From Octopus sinensis (lineage: Eukaryota), in contig NC_043013.1 of the NCBI RefSeq assembly GCF_006345805.1, positions 3,224,001 through 3,288,000 on the forward strand: 64,000 bases of DNA, given 5' to 3'. Shown here one piece after another: positions 1 to 12,019 of this stretch. The position numbers were made by a program, and so were the translations under genes. The notes beneath the pieces were generated by a model that was not told the DNA's origin, did no database searches, and worked only from the letters and a program-made list of their open reading frames with translations. Every line of letters starts with the position of its first letter. Positions within the stretch are counted from its first letter, which is position 1.

Positions 1-958
1 AACTTGAGTAGCGTTCTTTGTGCAACATGTGGTCAAGCATTGTCTTGCAAGAGAATTGGCCTGTCTCTATTGACCAATCTCGGTTATTGAATTGCATGTT
101 CACTTATCATTTCAACCAATTGGTTGATGTATACATCTACTGTAATTAATTTACCAGCTTTCATGAAGCTGTAATAGATGACACCAGCGCTGGACCGCCA
201 AACAAATACCATTAGCTTTTTTTGTTTTTTTGGTGAATATTCTTTTGTGGATTGTGTTTTGGCACTTCATCTCTATCCAACCACCGCGCAGAACGCTTGC
301 TATGGTTGAAAAGAATCTATTTTTCATAACACGTAACAATACAATGCAAAAATGGTTCGCTTTTATGCCGTGACAGCAAAGAACAGCAAGTTTGAAGACG
401 ACGTCTCATTTGATGCTCGTTCTGTGTTACTCACTTGTCCAGCTTCTTTAACTTGCCGATCTGTTTCAGCTGGTTCAATACAGTTGGAATCAAACCATCA
501 AACTTTGATGTTAATTCAAGCGTAGTTTGAGATGTATCCGCTTCCACTACAGTCACCAGCTCATCGTTATCTATATTGGTCTCAGGTCTACTACGGGACT
601 GATTTTCAAGAATAAAGTCACCAGACCGGAACTTCTCAAATCATCGATGTACAGTGCGCTCATTCGCCACATCTTCACCGAACCCCCAATTGATGTTTCA
701 AGCTGTCTGCAATCCATATGTTTCACGACGGAACTCATAAACAACATGAATTTATTTATCTCTCCATGGGTTCACAAAAATTGATTTACAAGAGAAAACT
801 CACAATATAATCAGACACCATGAATTGCATTTCGAAAATTGGTGATGCAACTCTTCTGTGTTGTAAAACAAAGAATTACCAGGATGAAACATTAGAGTTA
901 ACGACTGTCAAATTTGGTGCTTAAGAAAATCAGACATTTCATTCTTAATGACATGATA
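1..958 (-). mobile_element. Decayed mariner (DD34D-type) DNA transposon, left end plus transposase pseudogene (ATG about 767, running off the window at 1)
   Basis: Minus-strand translation across stops and frameshifts gives mariner motifs: YEFRRET..INWGFGEDVANERTVHR*FEKFRSGDF (HTH), HCIVTCYEK (first D mutated), KKLMVFVW..AGVIYYSFMK, and PILLQDNA*PHVAQRTLLK (second D). A TIR-like end (TATCATGTCATTAAGAATGAAATG) lies at about 958. Confidence 0.9.
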
Positions 959-1048
959 CATACATACATACATACATACATACATACATACATACATACA
1001 TACATACATACACACATACATACATTCATACATACATACATACATACA

Positions 1049-1082
<34 letters not shown>

Positions 1083-1250
1083 CATGCATGCATGCATGCA
1101 TGCACTCATACATGCATACATATATACATACATACATACTTATGTATGTGCGCGTGTCTTAATACATATTTCGCAGGCATGTATCTTCTGCGAAATCTGT
1201 GATGAGCCCGAGTGACGCTGATGACCTAGAGTCGCCTCTGATATATATAT

Positions 1251-1302
<52 letters not shown>

Positions 1303-1541
1303 GAGAGAGAGAGAGAGAGATGGTAAATGTTTATATTTTTCATTCCCTTCGAAATGTTATCCCTAATAGTGGTTTGGAATTTAACTGTCCTCTGACGGAT
1401 ACCTCTTATGTGTTTAAATATACGGTGTATATATATGAGTAATATATAGTCTATTGACTAAATTTTTACACGATAGGCCTCTGGTAATGGACATTTCAGA
1501 TATTTCAGATTACCCTTTGATAATATTAATTATAGATAGAT

Positions 1542-1601
<60 letters not shown>

Positions 1602-1607
1602 GGAGAC

Positions 1608-1645
<38 letters not shown>

Positions 1646-1646
1646 T

Positions 1647-1702
<56 letters not shown>

Positions 1703-1800
1703 CAGATTTATATTTATATATATATACATTTGTGAGTATGTATATGTGTGTGCGTGTGTGTGTGTGCGTGTGTGTGTGTTTGCATAAATACATACATACA
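959..1800. repeat. Compound microsatellite cluster (TACA)n, (TA)n, (GA)n, (GATA)n, (TG)n
   Basis: Read directly; explains the spurious MYVC/HTYI/LSIY ORFs. Confidence 0.95.
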
Positions 1801-2157
1801 TATTCTGTGTGTACAAATATGTGTACGACTGCAATTTTCAAGTGGAGAGCTCTATGTGGTTTCTCATAATCTAGTCTGGTTCCAGCAAAGTGGTGAAGTA
1901 ATTCCTACGCTAACTAATTTTGAAGTAGAAATTAAGATAAACACAAGTCTATATTATAATAATATAAACTTGTATTTATCTTAATTTCCCCTATATTTGC
2001 GCACATGTATCATAAGTGTGGTAAACTATTCTTATGTTTGCCAACAAGCATATGACTGTGAGAAGGCAGCTGTATTTTTACCTTCTGTATCTCTTTTATC
2101 ATTCGAATCTCTTCAGTAAGGAAATTTATACGCTTGCATCACAAAACCCCGATTATA

Positions 2158-2391
2158 TGTTTCTTTATTACCCACAAGGGGCTAAACACAGAGAGGACAA
2201 ACAACGACAGACAAACGGATTAAGAAGATTACATCGACCCCAGTGCTTAACTGGTACTTAATTTATCGACCTTGAAAGGATGAAAGGCAAAGTCTACCTC
2301 GGCGGAATTTGAACTCAGAACGTAACGGCTGACGAAATACGGCTACACATTTCGCCCGGCGTGCTAACATTTCTGCCAGCTCGCCGCCACT
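2158..2391 (-). mobile_element. SINE family A (tRNA-like head, Deu/Nin-like core), full length with 14-bp TSD
   Basis: Reverse complement of the consensus GGCGGCGAGCTGGCAGAA..GTTCTGAGTTCAAATTCCGCCGAGG..TTCATCCTTTCGGGGTCGATAAATTAAGTACCAG..CCCCTTGTGGGTAATAAAG. TSD AAACCCCGATTATA at 2144-2157 and 2392-2405. Confidence 0.9.
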
Positions 2392-2819
2392 AAACCCCGA
2401 TTATAACGTACTAAGGATGTCAAGGTTGTAAGCTTTTTTAAGGAGCTGGATGGTGGGGTAAATATCTCTGGAATACTTCAAGTTGGTTTTCATATTTTCC
2501 GCGGTTTTGGTTTTCGTGAGAGCGTTTTTTTTTCCTTTTTTTTTCTTTTCACTATTAAAATTTTACTTGACGTCTGTATGTAAAGTTTTCTACTGTCAGT
2601 GTTTTTTCCATTTCATCTAATTCAGACCATTGTTGGTCTCATGGGAATTTTCCTGTGTCTGTCAATGACATTTTTGTGAACTTTGGTTTCTGTCTCTGAG
2701 TTATACATAATGCATATAACTTCCACCATTGTCATAGGCAGCGTCAGTGTCACGTCTGTCTTGCGTAGAGACCATTCCAGCTCGACGATCGCATTCTTGA
2801 TTGATTTCCAATGAGCTTT

Positions 2820-2985
2820 GTCGTTTATATACCACACACATATATATATATATATAGGGAGAGAGAGAGAGAGAGGAGGAGAGAGAATGAGATACATACA
2901 TATGTATATACATATATGTATATATATATGTATATATATATGTATATACATATATATATATATATATATGCATATATATATATAT

Positions 2986-3021
<36 letters not shown>

Positions 3022-3042
3022 ATACATACATATGTATATACA

Positions 3043-3129
<87 letters not shown>

Positions 3130-3250
3130 GATTAGAGAGAGAGAGAGAGAGAGAGCAGAGAGGAGAGAGAGAGAGAGAGAGAGATACATGTATATACATA
3201 CATGTACACACACACATACTCGCACAGAGACATATATATGTATATATAGA
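2820..3250. repeat. Compound (TA)/(GA)/(TATG) microsatellite with a higher-order tandem duplication
   Basis: The block GGGAGAGAG..GAATGAGATACATACATATGTATATACATATATG occurs twice (about 2857 and 2986). Confidence 0.85.
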
Positions 3251-3894
3251 TATGAAAACAGATACAATACATGTAGATGTACATAAATATTTGATCACAC
3301 ACACACAAAGACAACAAGAGATAGAAACAAAGAGAATGGGGGGGGGAGGCTGTAGTTTAAACGATTGCCGCAGAATTTTCGAAGAGAATAAACGGGAGAT
3401 TGGTCGGAGCGAGTTGTCTTCCTTTCTAAACTTCTTTTCCTTTTTCTTTCTACTCTTTGGTGATTTCTTCAGGATTGAACCCATTTATTGACAATTGTAA
3501 ACGGAAATTTGCAGCGGATGAATTTTATTCTGAACTAACCAACTTTTTATTTTTATTTATTCATCTATTTATTGAGCGGAAAGTATGACGGCATTTCTCT
3601 TATCAGAAGAAAAGAGAGAGGGACACAGAGAGAGAGAGAGAGAGACAGAGAGACAGAGAGAGAGACAGAGAGAGCATAGAGCTTCTCTATGTTGCGGTTT
3701 TGCTGTAGTTAGAAAATGGATTTAATCCTGATCAACGAACTGAAGGGATGAAACAAGAGCGGGGAAAAAATTAGATGTTCTGGCCTGAGGACAAAAGAAA
3801 TAGATTCACTTTAAACCTTACTTCATCCCCATTAATTCTCTTTAACTATTGCACACAACTCCATGTATATTTTGTGTGTGTGTGTGTGAGTGTG

Positions 3895-3955
<61 letters not shown>

Positions 3956-4141
3956 TGTATGGCACAACAACTGCAGGAAATTAAAAGTTTCTTGAAAATT
4001 CTTTGCATTCAGTAATCCACTAGCATGGACGTTGAACAGATGTATACTGACGGGCTCTCACAAACTGAACCGTGCACATACTTTCATGCATACATACATG
4101 CATACATAGACATACACACACGTAGATATATATATAGATAC

Positions 4142-4183
<42 letters not shown>

Positions 4184-4206
4184 ATATATATATAATATAT
4201 AATATA

Positions 4207-4372
4207 GGCGCAGGAGTGGCTGTGTGGTAGGTAGCTTGTTTACCAACCACATGGTTCCGGGTTCAGTTCCACTGCGTGGCACCTTGGGCAAGTGTATTCT
4301 ACTATAGCCTCGGGCCAACCAAAGCCTTGTGAGTGGATTTGGTAGACAGAAACTGAAAGAAGCCCGTCGTAT
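4207..4372 (+). mobile_element. SINE family B, 5' half (tRNA-like head, CORE-like CCTTGGGCAAGTG segment)
   Basis: GGCGCAGGAGTGGCTGTGTGGTA..GGTTCCGGGTTCAGTTCCACTGCGTGGCACCTTGGGCAAGTG..GAAAGAAGCCCGTCG, matching other copies in the window. Confidence 0.88.
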
Positions 4373-4399
4373 ATATGTATATATATATATATATTATAT

Positions 4400-4510
4400 A
4401 TATCGTAAATCGATTACATCGACCCCAATCATCCACTGGTACTTATTTTATCGACTCCGAAAGGATGAAAGAAAGTCGACCTCGGCCGAATTTGAACTCC
4501 GAACGTAAAG
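4400..4510 (-). mobile_element. SINE A fragment
   Basis: Reverse complement of the family A core (ACTGGTACTTATTTTATCGACTCCGAAAGGATGAAAG). Confidence 0.75.
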
Positions 4511-5157
4511 GTACCAAAGATAAAATTCTTAGTGAAGATTATTCTGTAACCTTTTATTTTAGTGTAACTCACTGCTTTGTACATTGTTCTCGATGTGTGG
4601 GTCTATCATATGCTTTGTGTGGGTGAGAGGGAAGGAGAAAGAAAGAGAGACAGACAGAGAGACTGAAAGAGACACTGAGAGTGTGAGTGTGTGTGTGTGT
4701 GTATGAGTGTGTCGCGTGCGTATATACATATGTAATTGTGTGGGTGGTAACGATGCGTTCATGTAAATAAACATGAATGCGACTACATACACTACCAGTA
4801 CATATAGTTGAACATTTTAAGTTTTATTTCATATATTCAGAGTCATACACATTTTTCATTGTTACTATTTTGTACACTGACAAGGAGTAATATGCTACTA
4901 TATATATTCGTTCATTCTACTTTGATAGAATGAGAAAATAAAAGCAGAAATCATTACTATAATGAAATATTTGATATATTGACATCATAATAGAACTCTG
5001 CATTGATTGTATACTCGGTCAGCAAGCACGCCTTGCAGGCTAGATAACATTGAAACCAATATTTACATTCAGAATGAAAGGCACAGCAAATACACAGTGA
5101 ATGCCACGCATTAAGTTAACTTTTTATAGCGAGTTGAAAAGGGTTTATTTTTAACCT

Positions 5158-5370
5158 TGAGCTGGCAGAATCGTTAGCACACCGGGTAAAGTACTTAGCT
5201 GCATTTCGTTCGTCTTTATGATCTGAGTTCAAATTCTACCGAGACCAACTTTGCCTTTCAATCTTTCAGAGTCGATAAAATAAGCACCAGCTGAGCAGTG
5301 GAGTCGATGTAATTGAGTCACCCACTCTCTCCGGATTTACTGGCCTTGTGCCAAAATTTGAAACCAATAT
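5158..5370 (+). mobile_element. Older SINE A-related copy
   Basis: GAGCTGGCAGAATCGTTAGCAC..CTGAGTTCAAATTC..GTCGATAAAATAAGCACCAG, with a diverged tail. Confidence 0.75.
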
Positions 5371-6227
5371 TTAATATTTAGAGTTCTATAAGTTTTACAG
5401 ATGACTAGTCACAGAGTAGATGGTGTATAACTACTACGTTCCTGAAGATGCATGAACGTGTATGTGTCTGCGTGTATGTATGTATGTATGTATGTATGTA
5501 TGTATGTATATATGTATGTACGTATGTATGTACATATATACGAATCATATGAATGTGTATGCATGTATGTATGTGTGTGTGCATGTATGTGGGTGCGTGT
5601 AAGCTGTTGCAGTAAAGCAAGCAGCAAGTCATAGTAGCTGTAGAATGACAAACATCTTTTCTTAAAAATCTAAGACAAATCTTACGATAACAGGATTATG
5701 CCTCTCGATATTCCCACCGATAAGCAACGTTCCAAACAAATAATATACCCTGGATGTCTACCCCATTGCAACAATTATTTTAAATGGGAAAAGTCTGTTA
5801 GAAATTAGTAAAATGAATAAAATTCAGTACTTGAAACACTTTCCACATACAATCAAGCAACATCCATCGCAGTTACAGAAGTACTTTTGATAGCAATCAT
5901 ATCAAATGCAGAAGCATAAATTGCAGCTCATGGCCTGTTGTGTCAGGAAAGAAAGCAGCCATAAAAATTCCGCATCACTGGTCTTCGTATAAATCAACTC
6001 ACCGAAATGATATTTGCAGAGCATAACGCCGAAGAAGAACCTCGGAAAGTTGGAGCAACTTGACCACAAGACGGCATTCTTTCTGTTATGAAGAAGACTT
6101 CTCTGCTTAACTTTACCATCCGTTCTCTTTAGTTTTTCCTATAATAAAAAAGTATTTCACTCAATCCAATGCACCAAGTATATTAGTTGAAACATTAGAT
6201 AATAATTTTGATAATCATGAGAATATA

Positions 6228-6814
6228 CAGGGTGTTCAAAATAAATATTTATAAGATGGTATAAGACTACAACAGAATATATTAGACTTTACAAAACTCC
6301 ATAAGAGCTGCTGAAAGTGTCGGCCTTCATTTTCAATGCATAAAATTTAATTTCGTTTTTACTGTCGTGTAAGCACTCCTAAGCTGATTTCCTTTTTCCT
6401 GTGACAATTTGCGAAAGGACTTTGACGGGATTACCAACAGTTTATCAGGAATATTGGACAGTGTTTCGTCTGAAAGAACAGTAGGCCTACCGCTTCTTGC
6501 AACCATCTTCCACTGAACCTCCTGTGTTTCTAAATTTTCTTATCAAATCCCGCAAAGTGTCACGATGTGGAACAGCAGTATTTGGGAAAGTTTCACTGAA
6601 TTTCTGTTTCACAGTATCTGTGTATTTATTTCCAGCTCGAAACACCCATTCAACTAAAAACGTACGTCCTTCAATGGTTTGCATGTCGCCACGCTGAAGG
6701 GTACACAATGACTGAGTGACAATGGCTGACATCCGGCCGCGCACGCAGTGATAGCCAAGTTGCGCAGGCGCAGGATGAAAACTTTCACTGCGGAGAGATT
6801 TTTTGAACACCCTG
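6228..6814 (-). mobile_element. Internally deleted Tc1/mariner-superfamily element with both TIRs and TA TSDs
   Basis: 14-bp TIR CAGGGTGTTCAAAA at both ends, with TA at 6226-6227 and 6815-6816. Minus strand encodes an N-terminal HTH (MQTIEGRTFLVEWVFR..FPNTAVPHRDTLRDLIRKFRNTG), fused to a C-terminal remnant (CIENEGRHFQQLL). No catalytic domain. Confidence 0.88.
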
Positions 6815-8080
6815 TATAAAGTAAAGTAAACACCCACAATCTTCGCCGACCAGAGGAGAGCAAAAAATATAATTCATTTACGTCATCCACATGGAAACCA
6901 ACAGTTAAGCTTGTGTTAAACTTTTCCGGCATTAGAAATCGAACTGAAAATACTTATGTGGTGAGGGTAAATGATGTTAGAGGCTAATGTTATTTTCACT
7001 TTCTGAAAGTACAGGAGAAAACTTTGTACTGGTTTCAATCTTATTATGACCTCATCAACAAAATAGTGCCTTGAGCATACTTGCCGAAGTAGTAATAAAA
7101 GTATCAGAAGAGGAAAATAGGGGGATTAATAATAATACAGAAATATGTTCGAAGTTGTTTCCACTAGCAGCCAAAACAAATTTTAAATAATATTAGTCCA
7201 CGTGTAATTAGTTTTCCGTCAACCCATACTTATTTCTGTTAGCTTTCTTTATACTCTCTGCATTAATTATATAAAAGCTAACTTTATTCTGTGTAGAATT
7301 AGGAGAGTATGTTCGTGCAGAAACTTTTGCACGTCTCCTAAAAAGATTCAACCTTTAGCCAACAGAAATTTCAGTTAAGAGAGAGAGAGACATAAAATCT
7401 GAACTGACCTAAAATGTTTAAATTCAAGACAATGGCAATAAACTGAAGTAATTTAAATTCCTGAAAATTTCCGACGTAGTCACAAGGCCAAGAATTTGAA
7501 GGGAGGAAATGAGTCAGTAGGTTAATTCGACACCAGTATTTTATTTTAAGATGGAAAATAAAGCTGATCCAAACGGGATATGTACACAGGACGGAAGGTC
7601 CGTATTTAAATACCATTAGGCATTTCCACCAATGCTCTGACGATTGTACTGTGGATTATTGCGCCCAACCCCTATCTGTAGGCAACTCAACAGTTCTACA
7701 CAATGACGAGTGTTTCACTTAACCAACTGATTTACAGAGAATGAGAATCGAGAGCTTTAAGATTCCCCTACTTAAACATTGAATTTAATACGTAGCGATG
7801 TTGAATATCTGGAGGTTTCTGGAGGAACAGACGCTGAACTTCGGCATTTTAATTTGTGCAAATCTTTTAGTGCCACTTTTCAAATGTTCCATCTTCCTTC
7901 TAAATTAGTCTTAGATTGTTCTTCAATATGCCTATCTAAAAATGCGTAAGGGACCTACTGCATAGATACCTCTTGTCCGTTCATTCATACAACAAATGAT
8001 ACGGAAAATTCCCCTGCCACTGCCATCGTAAGAATAATAACCATTATAGAAGGAATAACTCCCAATCATTGACAGAGAGC

Positions 8081-8345
8081 AAAGGCGGCGTGCTGGTAGA
8101 AACGTTAGCACGCCGGGCGAAATGCTTAGCGGTATTTCGTCTGCCGCTACGTTCTGAGTTCAAATTCCACCGAGGTCGACTTTGCCTTTCATCCTTTCGG
8201 GGTCGATTAAATAAGTACCAGTTATGCACTGGGGCCGATAAAATCGACTTAATCCGTTTGTCTGTCCTTGTTTGTCCTCTCTGTGTTTAGCCCCTTGTGG
8301 CTAGTAAAGAAATAGGTATTTCGACTGCCGTTACGTTCTGAGTTC
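8081..8345 (+). mobile_element. SINE A, full length, followed by a short partial A head duplicate
   Basis: Consensus match from AAGGCGGCGTGCTGGTAGAAACG to GTAAAGAAATA, then GGTATTTCGACTGCCGTTACGTTCTGAGTTCAAATTCC. Confidence 0.88.
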
Positions 8346-8367
8346 AAATTCCGTAAAGCAACGTTGA

Positions 8368-8400
<33 letters not shown>

Positions 8401-8979
8401 TGATGTTTGCATCCATTATTCGCAGATATAGTAAGCGGTTTCCGTTGTAGTTCAGGCAGTTAAATGTGTTTCAAGTTGTGAAGAAGACAAGAAAAGTGTA
8501 ACGTTTAGAAAATTTGACTTTCTTGGAGAGGAATAAAAATTGAGATTTTAACACTAGGATGCATTTTTGAAACCCAGTGTTTTAAAAACTTTATTTTTCT
8601 TTCTCCACCTGAAGAAAGAATAAAGTCCGAAACGTTACGATTCTCTTTTCTTACTCAGTGCATAAAATAGATTCCACTGTTAAAACTGTTTGAAAGTTGT
8701 TGTACGTGTGTATCTGCGATGTTTGCATATGGTGTTTGTATATGTTTTTACCGCATTATAATCATATATTGTTCCACATTCCACCACCACTTACACACGC
8801 ACGCACATACACACACAAACACACTCACACACACACATGTACACACATATTTACGCACACGCATATGCGCACACGCACATACACACATGTAAACACTCAC
8901 GCACAAATTCTCTCACACAAGGATGTAATTAATTAAAGCCCACTGTTTCCGACATAACGTATTTCATTAGTTTTCTCTC

Positions 8980-9545
8980 TAATTCTTCTTCCATTCACTC
9001 ATTTATCTCTCTTGCCTTCGCAATATCCTTTCTTTCTGCCTAAATTACCGATTCACTCATTTATTCGTTGTCTTTAATCCATTTCTTCCTCCTCTCTTCG
9101 ATCAATATTTCTTTCTTCCTTTCCTTCTGTATATTAGTGTTTTTTTTTTTTCGTCTCTTCGTGCATTTGCCTTTCAATTTAACCAAACTCCCCTTCTGTC
9201 AATCAGTTCAACACGTCTCTCCCAATTCTACTAACAAGAAATCCTTTCATATCTCTCTCACTCTCGCTTCCCCAATCATTCTTTGTTTTTCTCACTTCGT
9301 CTCTCACAATCACTTTAATGATTTTACTCTCTCCCTCTCACCCTCCCTCCCCCTCTCTCTCTCTTTCTCCTTTTTCATCTCCTTTCACTCTGTCTCTCAC
9401 TCTTTCTGTTTCTATTTCTTTTTCATTCAATCATTCTCCTTTCTGCCTGCTTCTTATACATTTGTGTTTTCTTACATTTCACCGTTCTTTCCTCATCAGT
9501 TCTTTACATTAAGGATTTCTTTCTTCTTGTTATATAACATGTTTT
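8980..9545. repeat. Pyrimidine-rich (CT/TTC) low-complexity tract
   Basis: Read directly; strong strand asymmetry. Confidence 0.8.
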
Positions 9546-9935
9546 CAGGAACTCTCCTGGTTTAAGGTCGGATAGGGTCGAGGCAAGATGAAGACAGACG
9601 TAAAGAAATGAGAGAAATTAGGTAGAGAAATACGCAGTTTTACAAACTGACTGATTGATGAATTTGTGTCGCTAGATACACAGGTGTATGTATGTATGTA
9701 TGTATGTATGTATGTATGTATGTATGTATGTATGTATGTGTGTATGTATGTATGTATGTATGTATGTATGTATGTATGTATGTATGTATGTATGTATGTA
9801 TGTGTGTATGTATGTATGTAAGCATGAAAGCATGAATGTAAGTATTTATGCATTATGTAAGTACTAGAGTGTTACCCGTCTTATGGCGAGTAACTCTGGA
9901 TAATTTCATGAAATACGTATACATACAATCAAATT

Positions 9936-10208
9936 TCCTACTGCTTGTACAAAATAATGAAATGAATACTCATTTTTAATATAACAAATGTTTATCTTTA
10001 TATATAAAATTGTTCCGGGTCGACCAAACTGAAAAAAAACCCGTCGTATATATATATATATTATATATATACGACGGGCTTCTTTCAGTTTCCATCTACC
10101 AATTGCATTCACAAGGCTTTGGCGACACGGAACATTTTTTAAAATAAAGATAAACTTTTTTATATTAAAAAATAGTATTCATTTCATTATTTTGTACAAG
10201 CAGTAAGA
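9936..10208. repeat. Imperfect fold-back palindrome (about 270 bp) centred on (TA)n at about 10047-10070
   Basis: TACTGCTTGTACAAAATAATGAAATGAATACT (from 9939) is exactly complementary to AGTATTCATTTCATTATTTTGTACAAGCAGTA (ending 10205). The inner arms CCCGTCGTATATA / TATATACGACGGG also pair. Confidence 0.9.
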
Positions 10209-10229
10209 TATATATATAATATATATATA

Positions 10230-10268
<39 letters not shown>

Positions 10269-10560
10269 TATGGGGTATGTATGTATGTATGTATGTATGT
10301 ATGTATGTGTGTATGTATGTATTATATATGTATGTGTGTGTATATCTTTGTATGTCTGTTTGTCCCCCACCCAACATCGCTTGACAATCGATGCTGGCGT
10401 GTTCATGTCCCCGCAACTTAGCGGTTCGGCAAAATGACCGATAGAATAAGTAATAGACTTACAAAGACTCACAGTGTCCTGGGATCGATTTGTTCGACTA
10501 AAGGCGATGCTCCAGCATGGCCGCTGTCAAATGACTGAAATTGTGTAAAAGAGTAAAGGA
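10010..10560 (+). mobile_element. 5'-truncated SINE B interrupted within its internal microsatellite by the fold-back duplication
   Basis: 5' part CGGGTCGACCAAA..CCCGTCG at 10010-10046; 3' half TGTTTGTCCCCC..TAAAGGCGATGCTCCAGCATGGCCG..AAAAGAGTAAAGG at about 10340-10560. Confidence 0.8.
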
Positions 10561-10581
10561 GTAAGAGTGTGTGTACGTATA

Positions 10582-10634
<53 letters not shown>

Positions 10635-10678
10635 ATATATATATATATGTTTATATATATATATATATATATATATAT

Positions 10679-10778
10679 NNNNNNNNNNNNNNNNNNNNNN
10701 NNNNNNNNNNNNNNNNNNNNNNNNNNNNNNNNNNNNNNNNNNNNNNNNNNNNNNNNNNNNNNNNNNNNNNNNNNNNNN
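10679..10778. other. Assembly gap (100 N) following a (TA)n tract
   Basis: Run of N characters. Confidence 1.
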
Positions 10779-11033
10779 CAATATGATCGTCTTACTAGAC
10801 AAAATTCTTATCTAAAGTTAAATTCTTGCCGAGAATTCTTCAGATCGATCGAAAGATGTCAGTTTATCTACAAGTTTAGTAAGACATGTAATGGAAATGT
10901 AAAACTAGCAACTTAGTTTGAACTTTTGCTGCCATAATTGTTGTTTTCACTTTTGTTGTTTGTGGCAGCGCTATTGTTGCAATTGTTGTTGTTGCTGTTG
11001 TTGTTGTTGCTGCAGCTGCTGCTGCTTGCTGCT

Positions 11034-11082
<49 letters not shown>

Positions 11083-11604
11083 CTGTTGGCCATGTTGTTT
11101 ACTGGTCATTCTATAGAATTCAGTCTCGGTAACTACAGACAATTTGCCTACACATCAGCAGGATTCGTTCAGTTTTCGCCTCAAATAATGAGCCTTTATT
11201 TATTTATTTCTATTTCTATTTCTCTCTCTATCCCTCCCTCCCTCCCTCCCTCCCCTCTCCTCCCCCCATCTCTCTCTGTTTATCCGATTTTATCAGTTCT
11301 GCTCTTGTTAAGGTGTGACGGAACGAGACCAGCCTCACCCTCACATTCACCACCACCACCACCACCGCCTGTATATTAACGAGTTTGTTTTATCAAATTT
11401 AACTCAAATCGGTAGAGCGCCCGTTCTTAATAAAGTGTCTTGTGCTATATTTACGTGAACCCTTTTATGTGCCTGGTTCAAATCTCAGCGAGATCGACTT
11501 TCGTTTTGAAACCCCGTTCCCGGAACCCTTCAAATAAATACAGGTTTTTACTTGACCATAGCCATCTTCCGTAACACCTAACTCTGGGCCAACGTCAAAA
11601 ATCA

Positions 11605-11688
11605 CTATTACATTGTTGTTGTTGCCACTGCTACAGCTGCTGTTGCTGCTATTATCATTATTATTATTATATTATTATATTATTATTA

Positions 11689-11730
<42 letters not shown>

Positions 11731-11746
11731 TATTATTATTATTATA

Positions 11747-11811
<65 letters not shown>

Positions 11812-11914
11812 ATCATAATCATCATCATAATCATCATCATCATCATTATTATTATTATTATTATATCATCATCATTATATTATTATTATTATATTATTAT
11901 TATTATTATTTATT

Positions 11915-11970
<56 letters not shown>

Positions 11971-11977
11971 TATTATT

Positions 11978-12012
<35 letters not shown>

Positions 12013-12015
12013 CGT
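11605..12015. repeat. Long compound trinucleotide array (CTG/ATT/CAT/GTT)n
   Basis: Read directly. Confidence 0.95.
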
Positions 12016-12019
12016 TGAA

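Noticed and set aside
1168-1241. 9-bp hairpin followed by GTGATGA..CTGA..CTGA, resembling a C/D box snoRNA
   Set aside because: Only ~43 nt from box C to box D, the D' and C' boxes would overlap, and there is no terminal stem. Likely chance; a snoRNA covariance-model scan would settle it.
2622-2830. Non-repetitive stretch with protein-like minus frames ([15 protein letters not shown]..)
   Set aside because: No credible splice acceptor or homology recognised.
3300-3830. Possible promoter or 5' UTR (ATTGG, unique sequence between microsatellites)
   Set aside because: Motifs are too short to be diagnostic and there is no downstream gene evidence.
8605-8640. CTGAAGA..CGAAACGTT as a hammerhead (also the GAAACAGCCGTA motif at about 55130, minus strand)
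   Set aside because: No stem I or stem II pairing at 8605, and the CUGANGA core is absent at 55130.
10876-11142. Poly-His/poly-Gln ORF resembling a transcription-factor exon
   Set aside because: All three frames end quickly in stops, no convincing splice sites or recognisable domain are present, and similar compound triplet arrays occur elsewhere in the window.
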